Assembly: GCA_050331595.1 (NCBI GenBank)
Contig: JBHJGQ010000024.1
Coordinates: forward strand, 72,684 to 136,683
Source: Opitutales bacterium
Lineage (GTDB): Bacteria > Verrucomicrobiota > Verrucomicrobiia > Opitutales > JBHJGM01
Length of the DNA: 64,000 nucleotides
Reading direction: 5' to 3'
Made by a program: the position numbers and the translations under genes. Below the pieces are notes generated by a model that was given only the letters and a program-made list of their open reading frames with translations, made no database searches and was not told the origin of the DNA. Of the stretch, positions 1 to 9,413 are shown one piece after another; the stretch's first letter is position 1; each line of letters begins with the position of its first letter.

Positions 1-1102
1 CAACGCCGAGTTCGTCGAGCAGCGGCTTGAAGGCTGGCTGGCACAGCAGTGTCAGGGCGGCGTCGGGCCGGCTTTGACGAAGCGCGCGTAACAGCGGCAG
101 CGCCATCACCACATCCCCCAGCCAATTGGGCAGGCGGATCCAAAAACGCGTTTGTCGAGGCAGCGCGTCGAGGCCGTCGATTTCGAGGGCGCGCGCGAGC
201 TTGTTGTTCCGATGCTCCAGGCGCAGTCGCCGGCCGGGTTCGTCCTGGGTGCGCCAGCGGTTGTGCAGCCAGAGCCAGTCGGCGGCCTGTTCATCGCTTT
301 CGCGCAACTTGGCCTCGAGCCAGCGATTGATGCCCACGTTGATTGCGTCGGCGTCGTGCCAACCGGTCAGTTCTTCAAACTCGATCTGCGCCCGCCAAAA
401 ACCCAGCCGTCGCGGCCAGAGCAGACCGACGCGTGCGTGATGGTTCACAGTCAGGCTGCCAGGGAGTTCGCTGATGGCGGCGACCCGCCCAAAGCACAGG
501 CTCAGCGCGCCTTGATTGCCGGCATTCTGGTCGAAGAGCAGCGCAACGGGCCCGCGCTTTTTCAGACGGTCGACGGCCTGCTTGAGCCCGCCGCGGCGCG
601 CCAGCATGACAACGCCCCAACGCTGGCGCGAGTGCCGCACCCATTCGTCGAGTCCAGCGTGATCGATCGTGCGAAACAGCACGCCGGTTTCCGGCACGTC
701 CTTGTCGTGAAGAATCGGCAGCAGCGAGACAGCGTCCATCATCGAAAAGTGCGGGATGCACAGCACGATGGGCTCCTCGTTGGCGCGGACGCGGTCGATT
801 TCGCGGCCCAGATACTCGCTGCGGCTGAAGCGTCGAAGCGTCTCCTTCTTTGACAGAAAGGGCGAGCTGACCACGTAGAGCAGCATTTCGGCCATCCGGC
901 GGCAACTCAGCCGGGCGATGCGCCGGCGCCGTGTTTCTTCCATCTCGGGGAAGGCGTGGTGCAGGTTGCTCAGCAGCGTGCGGCGGCGCTTGCGCGGCAG
1001 CGTGTAGATCAGCCAGCCCAAGAAGGCGCACGCGAAACGAACCAACGCTTCGGGCAGATGCGCCAGGATCCAGCCGAGGGAGATGACGATGGCCTTGAGC
1101 AA
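1..1102 (-). CDS. LpxL/HtrB-family lipid A late acyltransferase domain fused in frame to a GT9 (heptosyltransferase-like) domain; C-terminal part lies beyond the window start
   Basis: My own minus-strand translation. The gene is absent from the ORF track because it has no stop inside the window. It reads ...KLLKAIVISLGWILAHLPEALVRFACAFLGWLIYTLPRKRRRTLLSNLHHAFPEMEE...IVLCIPHFSMMDAVS (HX4D acyltransferase motif)...VALLFDQNAGNQGA... It then continues without a stop into RFWIRLPNWLGDVVMALPLLRALRQSRPDAALTLLCQPAFKPLLDELGV, a GT9 N-terminal signature, at about nt 150-1. There is an in-frame stop upstream at 1190-1192. No ATG is available; candidate starts are TTG 1102 or TTG 1180. Confidence 0.65.
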   Translation of the reverse strand, partial: MLKAIVISLGWILAHLPEALVRFACAFLGWLIYTLPRKRRRTLLSNLHHAFPEMEETRRRRIARLSCRRMAEMLLYVVSSPFLSKKETLRRFSRSEYLGREIDRVRANEEPIVLCIPHFSMMDAVSLLPILHDKDVPETGVLFRTIDHAGLDEWVRHSRQRWGVVMLARRGGLKQAVDRLKKRGPVALLFDQNAGNQGALSLCFGRVAAISELPGSLTVNHHARVGLLWPRRLGFWRAQIEFEELTGWHDADAINVGINRWLEAKLRESDEQAADWLWLHNRWRTQDEPGRRLRLEHRNNKLARALEIDGLDALPRQTRFWIRLPNWLGDVVMALPLLRALRQSRPDAALTLLCQPAFKPLLDELGV

Positions 1103-1198
1103 CTTCGGGTTTGTCCAGGGTGCCAGGGGGGGTTGAACTCGAACGCAGCTGCCTCCACGTCGACGCAGACCTGCCGCCAAGTCAAACCCTCACCGAGC

Positions 1199-2146
1199 GT
1201 GCCGCGCATCCTCATTCTCAAGCCGTCCTCACTGGGCGACATCATCCATGCGCTGCTCATCGTGCAATCCATTCGGCGTCAGCTGCCGGGTTGTCGCATC
1301 GTCTGGGTGGCGCGCGAGGTGTTCGCGCCGCTGGTGCGGGCGAGCACGGCGGTTGATGCGGTGCACCTGTTCGAGCGCAAGGGCGGTATACGAGCCTTTG
1401 CGCGTCTGCTGTGCCAACTGCGCCAAGAGCGCTTCGACTACATTTTGGACATGCAGGGCCTGGCCCGGACCGGGCTGATGGCGATCGCCGCAAAAGCTTC
1501 CACGAAATGGGGTCGGGCCGACGCGCGCGAACTACTTTCGAAGCTCGCCTGCCAATCCATCGAACGCCCACCTGAAGGCACAAACGCACACGCTGTGGCC
1601 ATCCTCGCGCAGTTCCTACCAGCGCTCGGCTTGAAAGTGGATCTGGGTGCGGCGTTGGAATTCGAGTCAACTGCCGCCCCCGAGTTGTCCACGCATTCCC
1701 TGCTTCTTTTCCCGGACAGCCGCCGGCCGGAGAAACAATGGCCTCATTTTGCCGCGCTGACGCAGCAGCTCCTGAACCGGGAGGATGCGCCGACGGTCGT
1801 CTGGGCGGGCAGCCAGATGCCGCAACCGGTCCCCGAGAACCTGGCCGCGCATCCACGTTTTCAGAACCGCATCGGCCAGACCGACATCGCCCAATTGCCG
1901 GCCCTCGTCGCGCAGGCCGAAGTTGTGGTGGCCAACGACAGCGGTCCCATGCACCTGGCGGCGGCGCTGCACCGTCCGCTGGTTGCCCTGTTTGGACCGA
2001 CGCCGCCAGAGCGCTTTGGTCCGTGGCCACTGGATTGTCCGCGCCATCGGGTGATGCGGGCACCGGCAGGCGACTTACGGCAATTGGCTCCGGAGTCAGT
2101 GGCCCAAACCGTTGACACCCTGCGGCGCGCCGATACACCAGCGTAG
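1199..2146 (+). CDS. Glycosyltransferase family 9 (LPS heptosyltransferase-like)
   Basis: This is the distal part of track ORF 956..2146. It contains (V)PRILILKPSSLGDIIHALLIVQSI... and VVANDSGPMHLAAALHRPLVALFGPT, both GT9 hallmarks. The 5' part of the track ORF is antisense to the acyltransferase gene, so I moved the start to in-frame GTG 1199. TTG 1133 is also possible. Confidence 0.8.
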   Translation: MPRILILKPSSLGDIIHALLIVQSIRRQLPGCRIVWVAREVFAPLVRASTAVDAVHLFERKGGIRAFARLLCQLRQERFDYILDMQGLARTGLMAIAAKASTKWGRADARELLSKLACQSIERPPEGTNAHAVAILAQFLPALGLKVDLGAALEFESTAAPELSTHSLLLFPDSRRPEKQWPHFAALTQQLLNREDAPTVVWAGSQMPQPVPENLAAHPRFQNRIGQTDIAQLPALVAQAEVVVANDSGPMHLAAALHRPLVALFGPTPPERFGPWPLDCPRHRVMRAPAGDLRQLAPESVAQTVDTLRRADTPA

Positions 2147-2180
2147 TTTTGCCCAGCCGCTCCTTTATTCTGCCATTGCC

Positions 2181-3455
2181 ATGCTCGACCTGAAATTCTT
2201 CCGCGAGAATCCCGACGCGGTGCGCGCAGGCGTGGCCCGCAAGAAATTCGACTGCGATCTGGACGCACTCTACGGCCTGGACGCCCAGCGGCGCACGATC
2301 GTGTCTGAAGCCGAGCAGGCGCGCGCCCGGCAGAAATCTGCCAATAAGGAGATGGCCGCCCTGCCGAAGGGCTCGGACGCCTTCAAGGCAAAGGTGCAGG
2401 AGATGAAAACCGTCTCGGCCGAGGTCAAGGAACTCGAGGCCAAGGCCAAGGAGGTAGACGACCGCTGGCGGCAACTTTTCCTGCTGGTGCCGAATCTGCC
2501 GGATGCCTCCGTGCCCGACGGCGGCAGCGAGGACGACAATCAGGTGCACTCGACCTGGGGGGAATCCGAGAAAGCATGGCCGCACGCCCTGCCGCACTTT
2601 GACATCCCGTGGTTCCCAAAGGCAGTTGACTTGGAACACGGGGCGCTGGCCACCGGCGCGGGCTTCCCCTTTTACGTCGGGCCGATGGCGCGGTTGCAGC
2701 GCGCGCTGATCAACTTCTTCCTGGACGAGGCTGCACAGGCTAGCTTCGTCGAATTTCAGCCGCCCCTTTTGGTCAACGCCGACAGCGCCACCGCCACCGG
2801 CCAGTTGCCCGACAAGGAGGGGCAGATGTACCACGCGGCGACAGACGACCTCTACCTCATCCCGACCTCTGAGGTGCCGGTCACCAATTTCTTTCGCGAG
2901 CATACCTTTGATGCGCGTGAGCTGCCGGTCTACCGCACGGCCTATTCACCCTGTTTTCGGCGCGAAGCCGGCAGTTGGGGGGCGCATGTGCGCGGGCTCA
3001 ATCGTCTGCACCAGTTCGACAAGGTCGAGGTGGTCAAGTGGACGCACCCAGACACCTCGTTCGATGAGCTGGAATCCCTGCGCGCGCATGTCGAAGGGCT
3101 TTTGCAAAAGCTGGAGCTGCCCTATCGTGTGCTGCTGATGTGCGCGGGCGACATCGGTTTTCCCCACGCCAAGCAATATGACCTCGAGGTCTTTGCCGCC
3201 GGACAGAAACGCTGGCTGGAAGTCTCCTCGTGCTCGAACTTCACTGATTTTCAGGCGCGGCGCGCGGGCATACGCTTCAAGCCAGCGGGTGGTGGCAAGG
3301 CCGAGCACGTGCACACCCTCAACGGCTCAGCCCTGGCGCTTCCGCGCACCGTCGGCGCGCTGCTCGAAAACCACCTGCAGCCCGATTTGACGGTGAAGCT
3401 CCCAGCCGCCCTGCACCGGTACTTTGGCGCCGAAGTACTCCGGTGGGAGGGGTGA
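2181..3455 (+). CDS. serS: Seryl-tRNA synthetase
   Basis: Track ORF 2112..3455 trimmed to ATG 2181, which gives the canonical N-terminus MLDLKFFRENPDAV. Class II aaRS motifs are present: FRREAGS (motif 2) and GSALALPRTVGALLENH (motif 3). Confidence 0.95.
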   Translation: MLDLKFFRENPDAVRAGVARKKFDCDLDALYGLDAQRRTIVSEAEQARARQKSANKEMAALPKGSDAFKAKVQEMKTVSAEVKELEAKAKEVDDRWRQLFLLVPNLPDASVPDGGSEDDNQVHSTWGESEKAWPHALPHFDIPWFPKAVDLEHGALATGAGFPFYVGPMARLQRALINFFLDEAAQASFVEFQPPLLVNADSATATGQLPDKEGQMYHAATDDLYLIPTSEVPVTNFFREHTFDARELPVYRTAYSPCFRREAGSWGAHVRGLNRLHQFDKVEVVKWTHPDTSFDELESLRAHVEGLLQKLELPYRVLLMCAGDIGFPHAKQYDLEVFAAGQKRWLEVSSCSNFTDFQARRAGIRFKPAGGGKAEHVHTLNGSALALPRTVGALLENHLQPDLTVKLPAALHRYFGAEVLRWEG

Positions 3456-3575
3456 GCTTTTTCGGTTCTGGAAGCTAGCAGTCAGAAATCAGCAGTCTTA
3501 AAGATCCTGCCCTCGTCGCGGTTGGGCACTTAAAGCAGTTGGCGTTGGTGCCCTCAGCGCAGCAGACTCACGACG

Positions 3576-5090
3576 ATGACGGACGCGTTCGATTGGCGGG
3601 CGAAGGCCAAAGCCTTGGCGCAGGAATTGGATTTCCCCGGGGCCATCGAGCAGGCGTTACCGCCCGATGCGCCACCGCCAGGGCTCTGGCCGCGTCCGTG
3701 GATCGTGGCCTGTTCGGGAGGGGCCGATTCCACCGCGCTGTTGCTCTGCCTCGCCGGGCAATTCCCGAAAGCAGCGGTCGGCCGCCAGATCACCGTCGCG
3801 CATTTCAACCATCAGACCCGTGGTGCTGAATCCGATGCCGACGCCATCTTTGTCCAGGCAATGGCCGAAGGTTTGGGGCTGCCGTGCCGGGTGGGGCTTT
3901 GGCAGGATTACGCGCAGCACACGCACCGCCCTGCGGCGCAGGCCTCCGAGCAACTGCTGCGTATCGGGCGCGAGCGCTTCTTCAGCGACCTTGAACCGGA
4001 CAACGCCCCGTGCCTGCGTTTCATGGGCCACCAGCGCGACGATGTGGCCGAGACCCTCCTGATTGCCGTGAGCCGGGGGTCGCACCCGTCCGGCATGGCG
4101 ACGGCCCCGCTGCCGTGGTCGCGGGCCCAGGGAGGGCAGCGCATTATCGTCCGCCCGCTACTGTCACGTTCGCGAGCGGCGATTGAGCAGGCTTTGTCGA
4201 AGCTGGCGATCCCCTGGCGCGAGGACACCTCCAACCAAACCGACCGGCACCTGCGTAACCGCCTGCGTCACCAGGTCATTCCGCCCTGGGTTGCCGCTGC
4301 CGATCGTGATCCGATGGCGGGCGCGGCGCAATTTCGGCAGTCGCTGCAGCGCCTGAGCCAATCCCACAGCTACCTGATCGGCTCAGTGCTGGAAAACCTA
4401 GTCGACGAGACTGAAGCCTTCGACTTCTGCAAGGTGGAGGGCTGGCCCTGGGCGGCAAAACACGAACTCCTTGCCACCTGGCTCGAACGCCAAAGTGAGG
4501 GCCGCTTCTTTCCGGAGACAGATACAATCGATGCCATTCTGAAAGCAGGCACCCGCCGCGATCCCTTCACCTGTACGGTTGCGCCCGGTGTACACGTCGT
4601 GGTTCAGGACGGGCTGGCGAAGGTTGTGGCGTTGGATGCAGCGCCCGACGACGGGCCGCTGCCCTGGCCTGCATTGCTGCTGAAGCCCGATACCGAGGTG
4701 CGTAACGCCGCGGGATGCCAAGTTGCTGCGGAAGCCTTCGACATCGACTCGACGTTTCGGGAGGCGATTATGGCAGGACAGTATTCGAACGTTGTCTGCG
4801 TCTTCCTCGACGAAGGGGAATGCCGTGCCATGGCCGTCGAAGGAGAGTTTGGCTTCCAGCTGCGCGGCTGGCACACGGGCGACCGCTACCGACCGTTGAA
4901 CGCGCCCGGCTCGGCGACGCTCCAGGATCTTTTCGTGAACCACAAGATTCCGGCCAGGGAACGTCGGCGGTTGCCGGTGGTCTGTGTAGGCGGGCACATT
5001 GTTTGGGTGCCGGGCTTGCCCCCGGCCCATGCGTTAAGGATTCGGCCAGAGAGCCGAAGGGCTCTGAGGTTGACTTATCAGGCCCCCTAA
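3576..5090 (+). CDS. tilS: tRNA(Ile)-lysidine synthase
   Basis: Track ORF of 504 aa. The PP-loop motif SGGADS occurs in WIVACSGGADSTALLLCL. The gene sits 23 nt upstream of ftsH, a conserved tilS-ftsH neighbourhood. Confidence 0.9.
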   Translation: MTDAFDWRAKAKALAQELDFPGAIEQALPPDAPPPGLWPRPWIVACSGGADSTALLLCLAGQFPKAAVGRQITVAHFNHQTRGAESDADAIFVQAMAEGLGLPCRVGLWQDYAQHTHRPAAQASEQLLRIGRERFFSDLEPDNAPCLRFMGHQRDDVAETLLIAVSRGSHPSGMATAPLPWSRAQGGQRIIVRPLLSRSRAAIEQALSKLAIPWREDTSNQTDRHLRNRLRHQVIPPWVAAADRDPMAGAAQFRQSLQRLSQSHSYLIGSVLENLVDETEAFDFCKVEGWPWAAKHELLATWLERQSEGRFFPETDTIDAILKAGTRRDPFTCTVAPGVHVVVQDGLAKVVALDAAPDDGPLPWPALLLKPDTEVRNAAGCQVAAEAFDIDSTFREAIMAGQYSNVVCVFLDEGECRAMAVEGEFGFQLRGWHTGDRYRPLNAPGSATLQDLFVNHKIPARERRRLPVVCVGGHIVWVPGLPPAHALRIRPESRRALRLTYQAP

Positions 5091-5112
5091 CTGACGTTGC
5101 CCTTTACCCACG

Positions 5113-7155
5113 ATGAGTGACAAGACGCCACAGCGCCCGGGTCAAAACGGGCAGCGCACCACGCCTCCGGACCGTTTTCAGCCCAAGATGCTGCTCATCT
5201 GGCTCGCCCTTCTGGTGGGCATGATCCTGCTCTGGCGCTTCACCGATACCGACAGCGGTCGTGAGCAGTTGCAGCACGCCGAGGTCGTCGCCAAGACCGA
5301 CCAAGATGCGGAGGACGGCAAGGACACGAGCCTGCTGCGCGAGGTTGTCATGCGCCCGGACCCCGGCAACGGCCTGAACTTCTTCCTGCTCGAGGGCAAG
5401 TACCTGAAGTCGCTTGACGAGGGTGCCGACCAGATTCCCTTCAGTTCCAAGGGCACGCTGACGGAGTCGCAGCTCGAAGCGCTGGTCAACGACGCGAACG
5501 TCCGCCAGGAAGAGACCAACACCTGGCTCCAGCAACTGCTGGTTGGCCTGCTGCCGTTCCTCATCATCATTTTGCTGCTCTACTTTCTGTTCATCCGTCA
5601 GCTGCGGATGGCCGGACGCGGCGCCATGAGCTTTGGCAAGAGCAAGGCCAAGATGCTGACCCGTGACCGCGACCGCGTAACCTTCAAGGACGTCGCCGGC
5701 TGTGACGAAGCGAAGGAAGAAGTTGCCGAGATTGTCGAGTTTCTCAAAGACCCGAAGAAGTTTCAGCGCATCGGCGGACGCGTGCCCAAGGGTGTGCTGA
5801 TGGTTGGTCCTCCCGGAACGGGTAAGACCCTCCTGGCCAAGGCCGTCGCCGGCGAAGCCGATGTGCCGTTCTTCAGTATTTCCGGTTCGGACTTTGTCGA
5901 AATGTTCGTCGGCGTCGGTGCCGCGCGCGTGCGCGACATGTTCGAACAGGGCCGCAAGGCTGCCCCGTGCATCGTCTTCATCGACGAAATCGACGCCGTC
6001 GGTCGGCAGCGTGGTGCCGGCCTGGGCGGCGGGAACGACGAACGCGAGCAGACCCTCAATTCGTTGCTCGTGGAGATGGACGGTTTCGACGGTCACGAGG
6101 GGGTCATCATCATTGCGGCAACCAACCGGCCTGACGTGCTCGACCAGGCGCTGTTGCGTCCCGGGCGCTTCGACCGCCAAGTCATGATCGACTTGCCAGA
6201 CCTGCCGGGACGCGAGCAGATCCTCAAAGTTCACGCCAAGAAGATCAAACTGGGGGCGGACGTCGACCTCGGCGTCATTGCTCAAGGTGCCAGCGGTTTC
6301 TCCGGAGCCGACTTGGCGAACCTCGTCAACGAGGCCGCGCTCATCGCCGCCCGCTTCGGTAAGAACGAAGTGAGCATGGTCGATTTCGACGACGCACGCG
6401 ACAAGCTGTCCTTCGGCCGTGAGCGCCGCAAGCTCATGGACGAGGACGACAAGAAAATGACCGCCTACCACGAGGCCGGTCACGCGCTTGTTCAGGCTCT
6501 CATCGGCGACAAAGTGCTGCGCCTGCACAAGGTCAGCATCATCCCGCGCGGGCGTGCGCTGGGCATGACCATGTTCACCCCGACCAAGGATATTTTAGGA
6601 CAATCGCGCAAGCAGCTGATTGACCAGATCGCCGTTTTGATGGCGGGTCGTCTGGGTGAGGAAGTCGTCACCGGCGATTACTCCAACGGCGCGGCCAATG
6701 ACATCAAACGCGCCACCGACATTGCCCGGCACATGGTCTGCGACTGGGGAATGAGTGAGCTGGGCCCGGTAGCCCTCGGCGAGAACCAGGACCACATCTT
6801 TCTAGGCAAGGAAATCACGCGCAACCAGAACTACAGCGAGTCCACCGCCCGCCAGATCGACGAGCAAATCCAGAGGCTTATCCGCGAGCAATATGACCGC
6901 GCCGAGACGATGATTCAGGAGCGCAAGGAAGCGTTGGAGACCATTGCCCAAGCCTTGCTCGAGCACGAAACCATCGAGGGCCGCCACGTGCACGAGATTC
7001 TCGAGCATGGCGAAATTCGCTCACCAGTGGTCAGCAATTTACAGGCGGCGGCGATGGCGGCTCAGGAGTCCAAGGACGATGAAAAGACCTCCAAGGCCCG
7101 TGATGCCGAAGAGGGTCTGGGCCCGGACACCGCCCCGGCGGGCGCTCCCGCCTGA
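5113..7155 (+). CDS. ftsH: ATP-dependent zinc metalloprotease FtsH
   Basis: Track ORF of 680 aa. Motifs: Walker [19 protein letters not shown], Walker [32 protein letters not shown] and zinc motif HEAGHAL. There are N-terminal TM segments. Confidence 0.97.
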   Translation: MSDKTPQRPGQNGQRTTPPDRFQPKMLLIWLALLVGMILLWRFTDTDSGREQLQHAEVVAKTDQDAEDGKDTSLLREVVMRPDPGNGLNFFLLEGKYLKSLDEGADQIPFSSKGTLTESQLEALVNDANVRQEETNTWLQQLLVGLLPFLIIILLLYFLFIRQLRMAGRGAMSFGKSKAKMLTRDRDRVTFKDVAGCDEAKEEVAEIVEFLKDPKKFQRIGGRVPKGVLMVGPPGTGKTLLAKAVAGEADVPFFSISGSDFVEMFVGVGAARVRDMFEQGRKAAPCIVFIDEIDAVGRQRGAGLGGGNDEREQTLNSLLVEMDGFDGHEGVIIIAATNRPDVLDQALLRPGRFDRQVMIDLPDLPGREQILKVHAKKIKLGADVDLGVIAQGASGFSGADLANLVNEAALIAARFGKNEVSMVDFDDARDKLSFGRERRKLMDEDDKKMTAYHEAGHALVQALIGDKVLRLHKVSIIPRGRALGMTMFTPTKDILGQSRKQLIDQIAVLMAGRLGEEVVTGDYSNGAANDIKRATDIARHMVCDWGMSELGPVALGENQDHIFLGKEITRNQNYSESTARQIDEQIQRLIREQYDRAETMIQERKEALETIAQALLEHETIEGRHVHEILEHGEIRSPVVSNLQAAAMAAQESKDDEKTSKARDAEEGLGPDTAPAGAPA

Positions 7156-7269
7156 GCAGCAACGCGTTAGCCGCGGTTTGAGAGCGCACTCTCGCTTGGC
7201 GTTCGCAGTTTTTCGCACATTTGCGGGCAATGCCACGGAGGTTGGCCCGTTGCTTGCAATGACAAGGGC

Positions 7270-7497
7270 ATGAATCACGTGAAAGCCCGTTGCTTGGCTG
7301 CCCTGATTCTGTGTGTGCTCCCCTTCGCTGTCAGCGACGCGCACACTGTAGACACCAGCGCCTCGAGCGCGGGTCCGTCGTTGGTGGATGCGCACCAGCG
7401 TTTTTCGCTGCCCGAACCTGTCTTGCTCGGAGCCCTTGGCTTCGTTGCACTCTCCGCCTTTGTCGTCCAGCGGCGTCGGGCGTGGTCGGGGCGCTAG
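7270..7497 (+). CDS. Very small PEP-CTERM sorting-domain protein (75 aa)
   Basis: Sequence: MNHVKARCLAALILCVLPFAVSDA (signal peptide), HTVDTSASSAGPSLVDAHQRFSL, then PEP-VLLGALGFVALSAFVV-QRRR. The PEP motif, hydrophobic helix and Arg cluster at the C-terminus match the PEP-CTERM architecture. Confidence 0.7.
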   Translation: MNHVKARCLAALILCVLPFAVSDAHTVDTSASSAGPSLVDAHQRFSLPEPVLLGALGFVALSAFVVQRRRAWSGR

Positions 7498-7524
7498 TCC
7501 TTGGCGAAGTCATCAACGAGGGCG

Positions 7525-8250
7525 TTATCCCGTCGGTTTGCCCACTTCTGCCGCAGGCTCACGCGTCATGAACGTCAATAGCAGCACGAAAAAGCAGAGG
7601 ATGACGTTCTGTACCGGTAGTTGCAGGCCGGGCGGCAAGCTGTAGATGACGCAGACGGTCGGCACCCAGACCGCCCACGTCGCCAGCAAAAGCGGAAAGA
7701 CCCGTACCCGATACCAGTTCGGCACCAACGCGGCTCGCGTTCGGCGCAGGCTGTACCCTTTGTTTTTCCAAAGGTACAACAGGACGACCGTTGGTCCGGC
7801 GATCAGCCCGTTGTAGATCACTTGGTCGACGAAGAGTTTGATGGCAATGGTGCCCAGGTCTGTTTCGTTGCCGAAGAGCCAGGTTTGCAGCCGGTAAAAG
7901 CTGTCGATCTCAAAACCTTTGTAGCCCCAGTAGCCGAGGAAAAACGGGAGGTGACGCAGGTCTCGGTCCGCACGTCCCTGACCCGCCAGACGCCGAACCA
8001 ACAGCGGAATGATACCCGCGAACAAGGCAGTCGAGGGCATCGAAAAAAGATAGCCCAGCCGTTCCTTCAACGCAGCGACGTCATCCATCGCCTCGGCAAA
8101 AGCCGCCCATTGGACATAGGCCACCAGAATCACGCCGGCCAAAGTCCACAGGAACAGCGCGGCGATGCGGTTGGCCCGCGCGGCCTCCAGTCCCTGGCGC
8201 AGGGCGGCGCGGAAGCTGCCCGGGGTCGCGTCAACGGCAGTGTTGCTCAT
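7525..8250 (-). CDS. Hypothetical polytopic membrane protein
   Basis: Track ORF 7525..8313 trimmed to ATG 8250 (MSNTAVD...). That ATG overlaps the esterase stop as ATGA. The protein has several hydrophobic helices. The C-terminal pattern ATWAVWVPTVCVIYSLPPGLQLPVQNV is vaguely Mpv17/PMP22-like, but this is unverified. Confidence 0.6.
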   Translation of the reverse strand: MSNTAVDATPGSFRAALRQGLEAARANRIAALFLWTLAGVILVAYVQWAAFAEAMDDVAALKERLGYLFSMPSTALFAGIIPLLVRRLAGQGRADRDLRHLPFFLGYWGYKGFEIDSFYRLQTWLFGNETDLGTIAIKLFVDQVIYNGLIAGPTVVLLYLWKNKGYSLRRTRAALVPNWYRVRVFPLLLATWAVWVPTVCVIYSLPPGLQLPVQNVILCFFVLLLTFMTREPAAEVGKPTG

Positions 8251-9059
8251 GAGGCCGGCCTGCGACGGGCCAAGGGCAGCCAGTCGAGCACGCGCTGAAC
8301 CCATGCATCCCAAAATGCCCAGTTGTGCTCGCCCGGAGCTTCTTCATACGTCAGCGGCACACCGGCCGTCGCCAGGCCGTCGCGGAAGGAGCGGTTGTGA
8401 TCAATCAGGAAATCTTCCGTGCCGCAACAGGCGTAGAGCGCAGGCATCGTCGTGCCACCGGTGTGCAGCTGCTTCGCGGTCGCGATCAGGTCGTACTGGG
8501 TCTCGTCGAGACCGTCCAGGTTCGGGCCGAATAGACGTTCCCATTCTTCAACGGGTGCAACCCCGGTGTTGGGCTCGCGCATGCGCCGGGGCATGTCAAC
8601 CACGCCGGACAGCGAGGCCGCCGCCGCATAGCGTTCCGGGTTTTGCAGCGCAAGGTACATCGCGCCGAAGCCGCCCATCGAGAGCCCGGCCACAAAGGTG
8701 TCTTCGCGCCGGCTCGACAGCCGAAACAGCCGCCGCGTGATGTCGGGCAGCTCGTCGCGGAAAAAGTCAAAGTAACGCGGACCACTGGCCATGTTTACGT
8801 AAAAGCCGCGGTGGGTCGTGGGCATGACCACCGCCAGGCCCAGGCCGGAAACGTAGCGCTCGATGGAGGTGCGCCGAGACCAGGTTGTCTGGTCGTCCGA
8901 CAGCCCGTGCAGCAGGTACAGGGTGGGGAAGCCGTGCTCGGGAACGCCCGACGTGCCGCCCATCCCGATCTGTCCGCGCGCCGGCTCCGGCAAAATGACG
9001 TTCATGGTCGTGCCCATGCGGAGCACTTCCGAAAAAAAGTCGCATTGGATGAAAGCCAT
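8247..9059 (-). CDS. Alpha/beta-hydrolase esterase (esterase D / 'putative esterase' family)
   Basis: Track ORF of 270 aa. The N-terminus is MAFIQCDFFSEVLRMGTTMNVILPEP. The nucleophile elbow is GLSMGG, and LYLLHGLSDD is present. Confidence 0.85.
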   Translation of the reverse strand: MAFIQCDFFSEVLRMGTTMNVILPEPARGQIGMGGTSGVPEHGFPTLYLLHGLSDDQTTWSRRTSIERYVSGLGLAVVMPTTHRGFYVNMASGPRYFDFFRDELPDITRRLFRLSSRREDTFVAGLSMGGFGAMYLALQNPERYAAAASLSGVVDMPRRMREPNTGVAPVEEWERLFGPNLDGLDETQYDLIATAKQLHTGGTTMPALYACCGTEDFLIDHNRSFRDGLATAGVPLTYEEAPGEHNWAFWDAWVQRVLDWLPLARRRPAS

Positions 9060-9120
9060 GGTGTCTGGATGTTGAGCGTTCTCTCAGCGCAACCAACCCA
9101 AAAGCCGGGATCGGTACGCA

Positions 9121-9147
9121 ACAAAAAACCCGCCATGGCAGGCGGGT
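9121..9147 (-). terminator. Rho-independent terminator downstream of the small basic protein gene
   Basis: The minus strand reads ACCCGCC-TGCCAT-GGCGGGT followed by TTTTTTGT. This is a 7-bp GC stem, a 6-nt loop and a U-tract. Confidence 0.7.
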
Positions 9148-9190
9148 CTGGGGAAAAGGGCGTGTCCCTCCTTCTTTGCAGCCGGTGGGC

Positions 9191-9352
9191 CTACTCTTCG
9201 GGCTTGGTCTTGGGCAGGCCGGTCACGCGATTGCGACTTTCGTCCCACAGGCCGCGCTTGCGCAGCAGTTCAACGCGCTCGAAGCGTTTGAGCACGCTGC
9301 GTTTCTTCGATGCGCTTGAGGCGCCTTTCATGTAACTGGGATGCTGAGACAT
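9191..9352 (-). CDS. Small basic protein (53 aa), PVC-type
   Basis: These are the distal 53 codons of track ORF 9191..9481, starting at ATG 9352: MSQHPSYMKGASSASKKRSVLKRFERVELLRKRGLWDESRNRVTGLPKTKPEE. As I recall it, this resembles the roughly 55-aa 'small basic protein' family (..RHRNVL.R.ERI..L...G.W......GLPK). A canonical terminator follows. Confidence 0.6.
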   Translation of the reverse strand: MSQHPSYMKGASSASKKRSVLKRFERVELLRKRGLWDESRNRVTGLPKTKPEE

Positions 9353-9413
9353 CTTCTGAGATGAGCCAAAGATTTGAAAATGGACCTTCGTGCGGCCTCG
9401 CGCAAGGCCAAAA

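Noticed and set aside
1257-2903. 548-aa minus-strand ORF across the GT9 and serS genes.
   Set aside because: It is Arg/Pro/Gly-rich with no recognisable motifs. It is antisense to two genes with clear family signatures.
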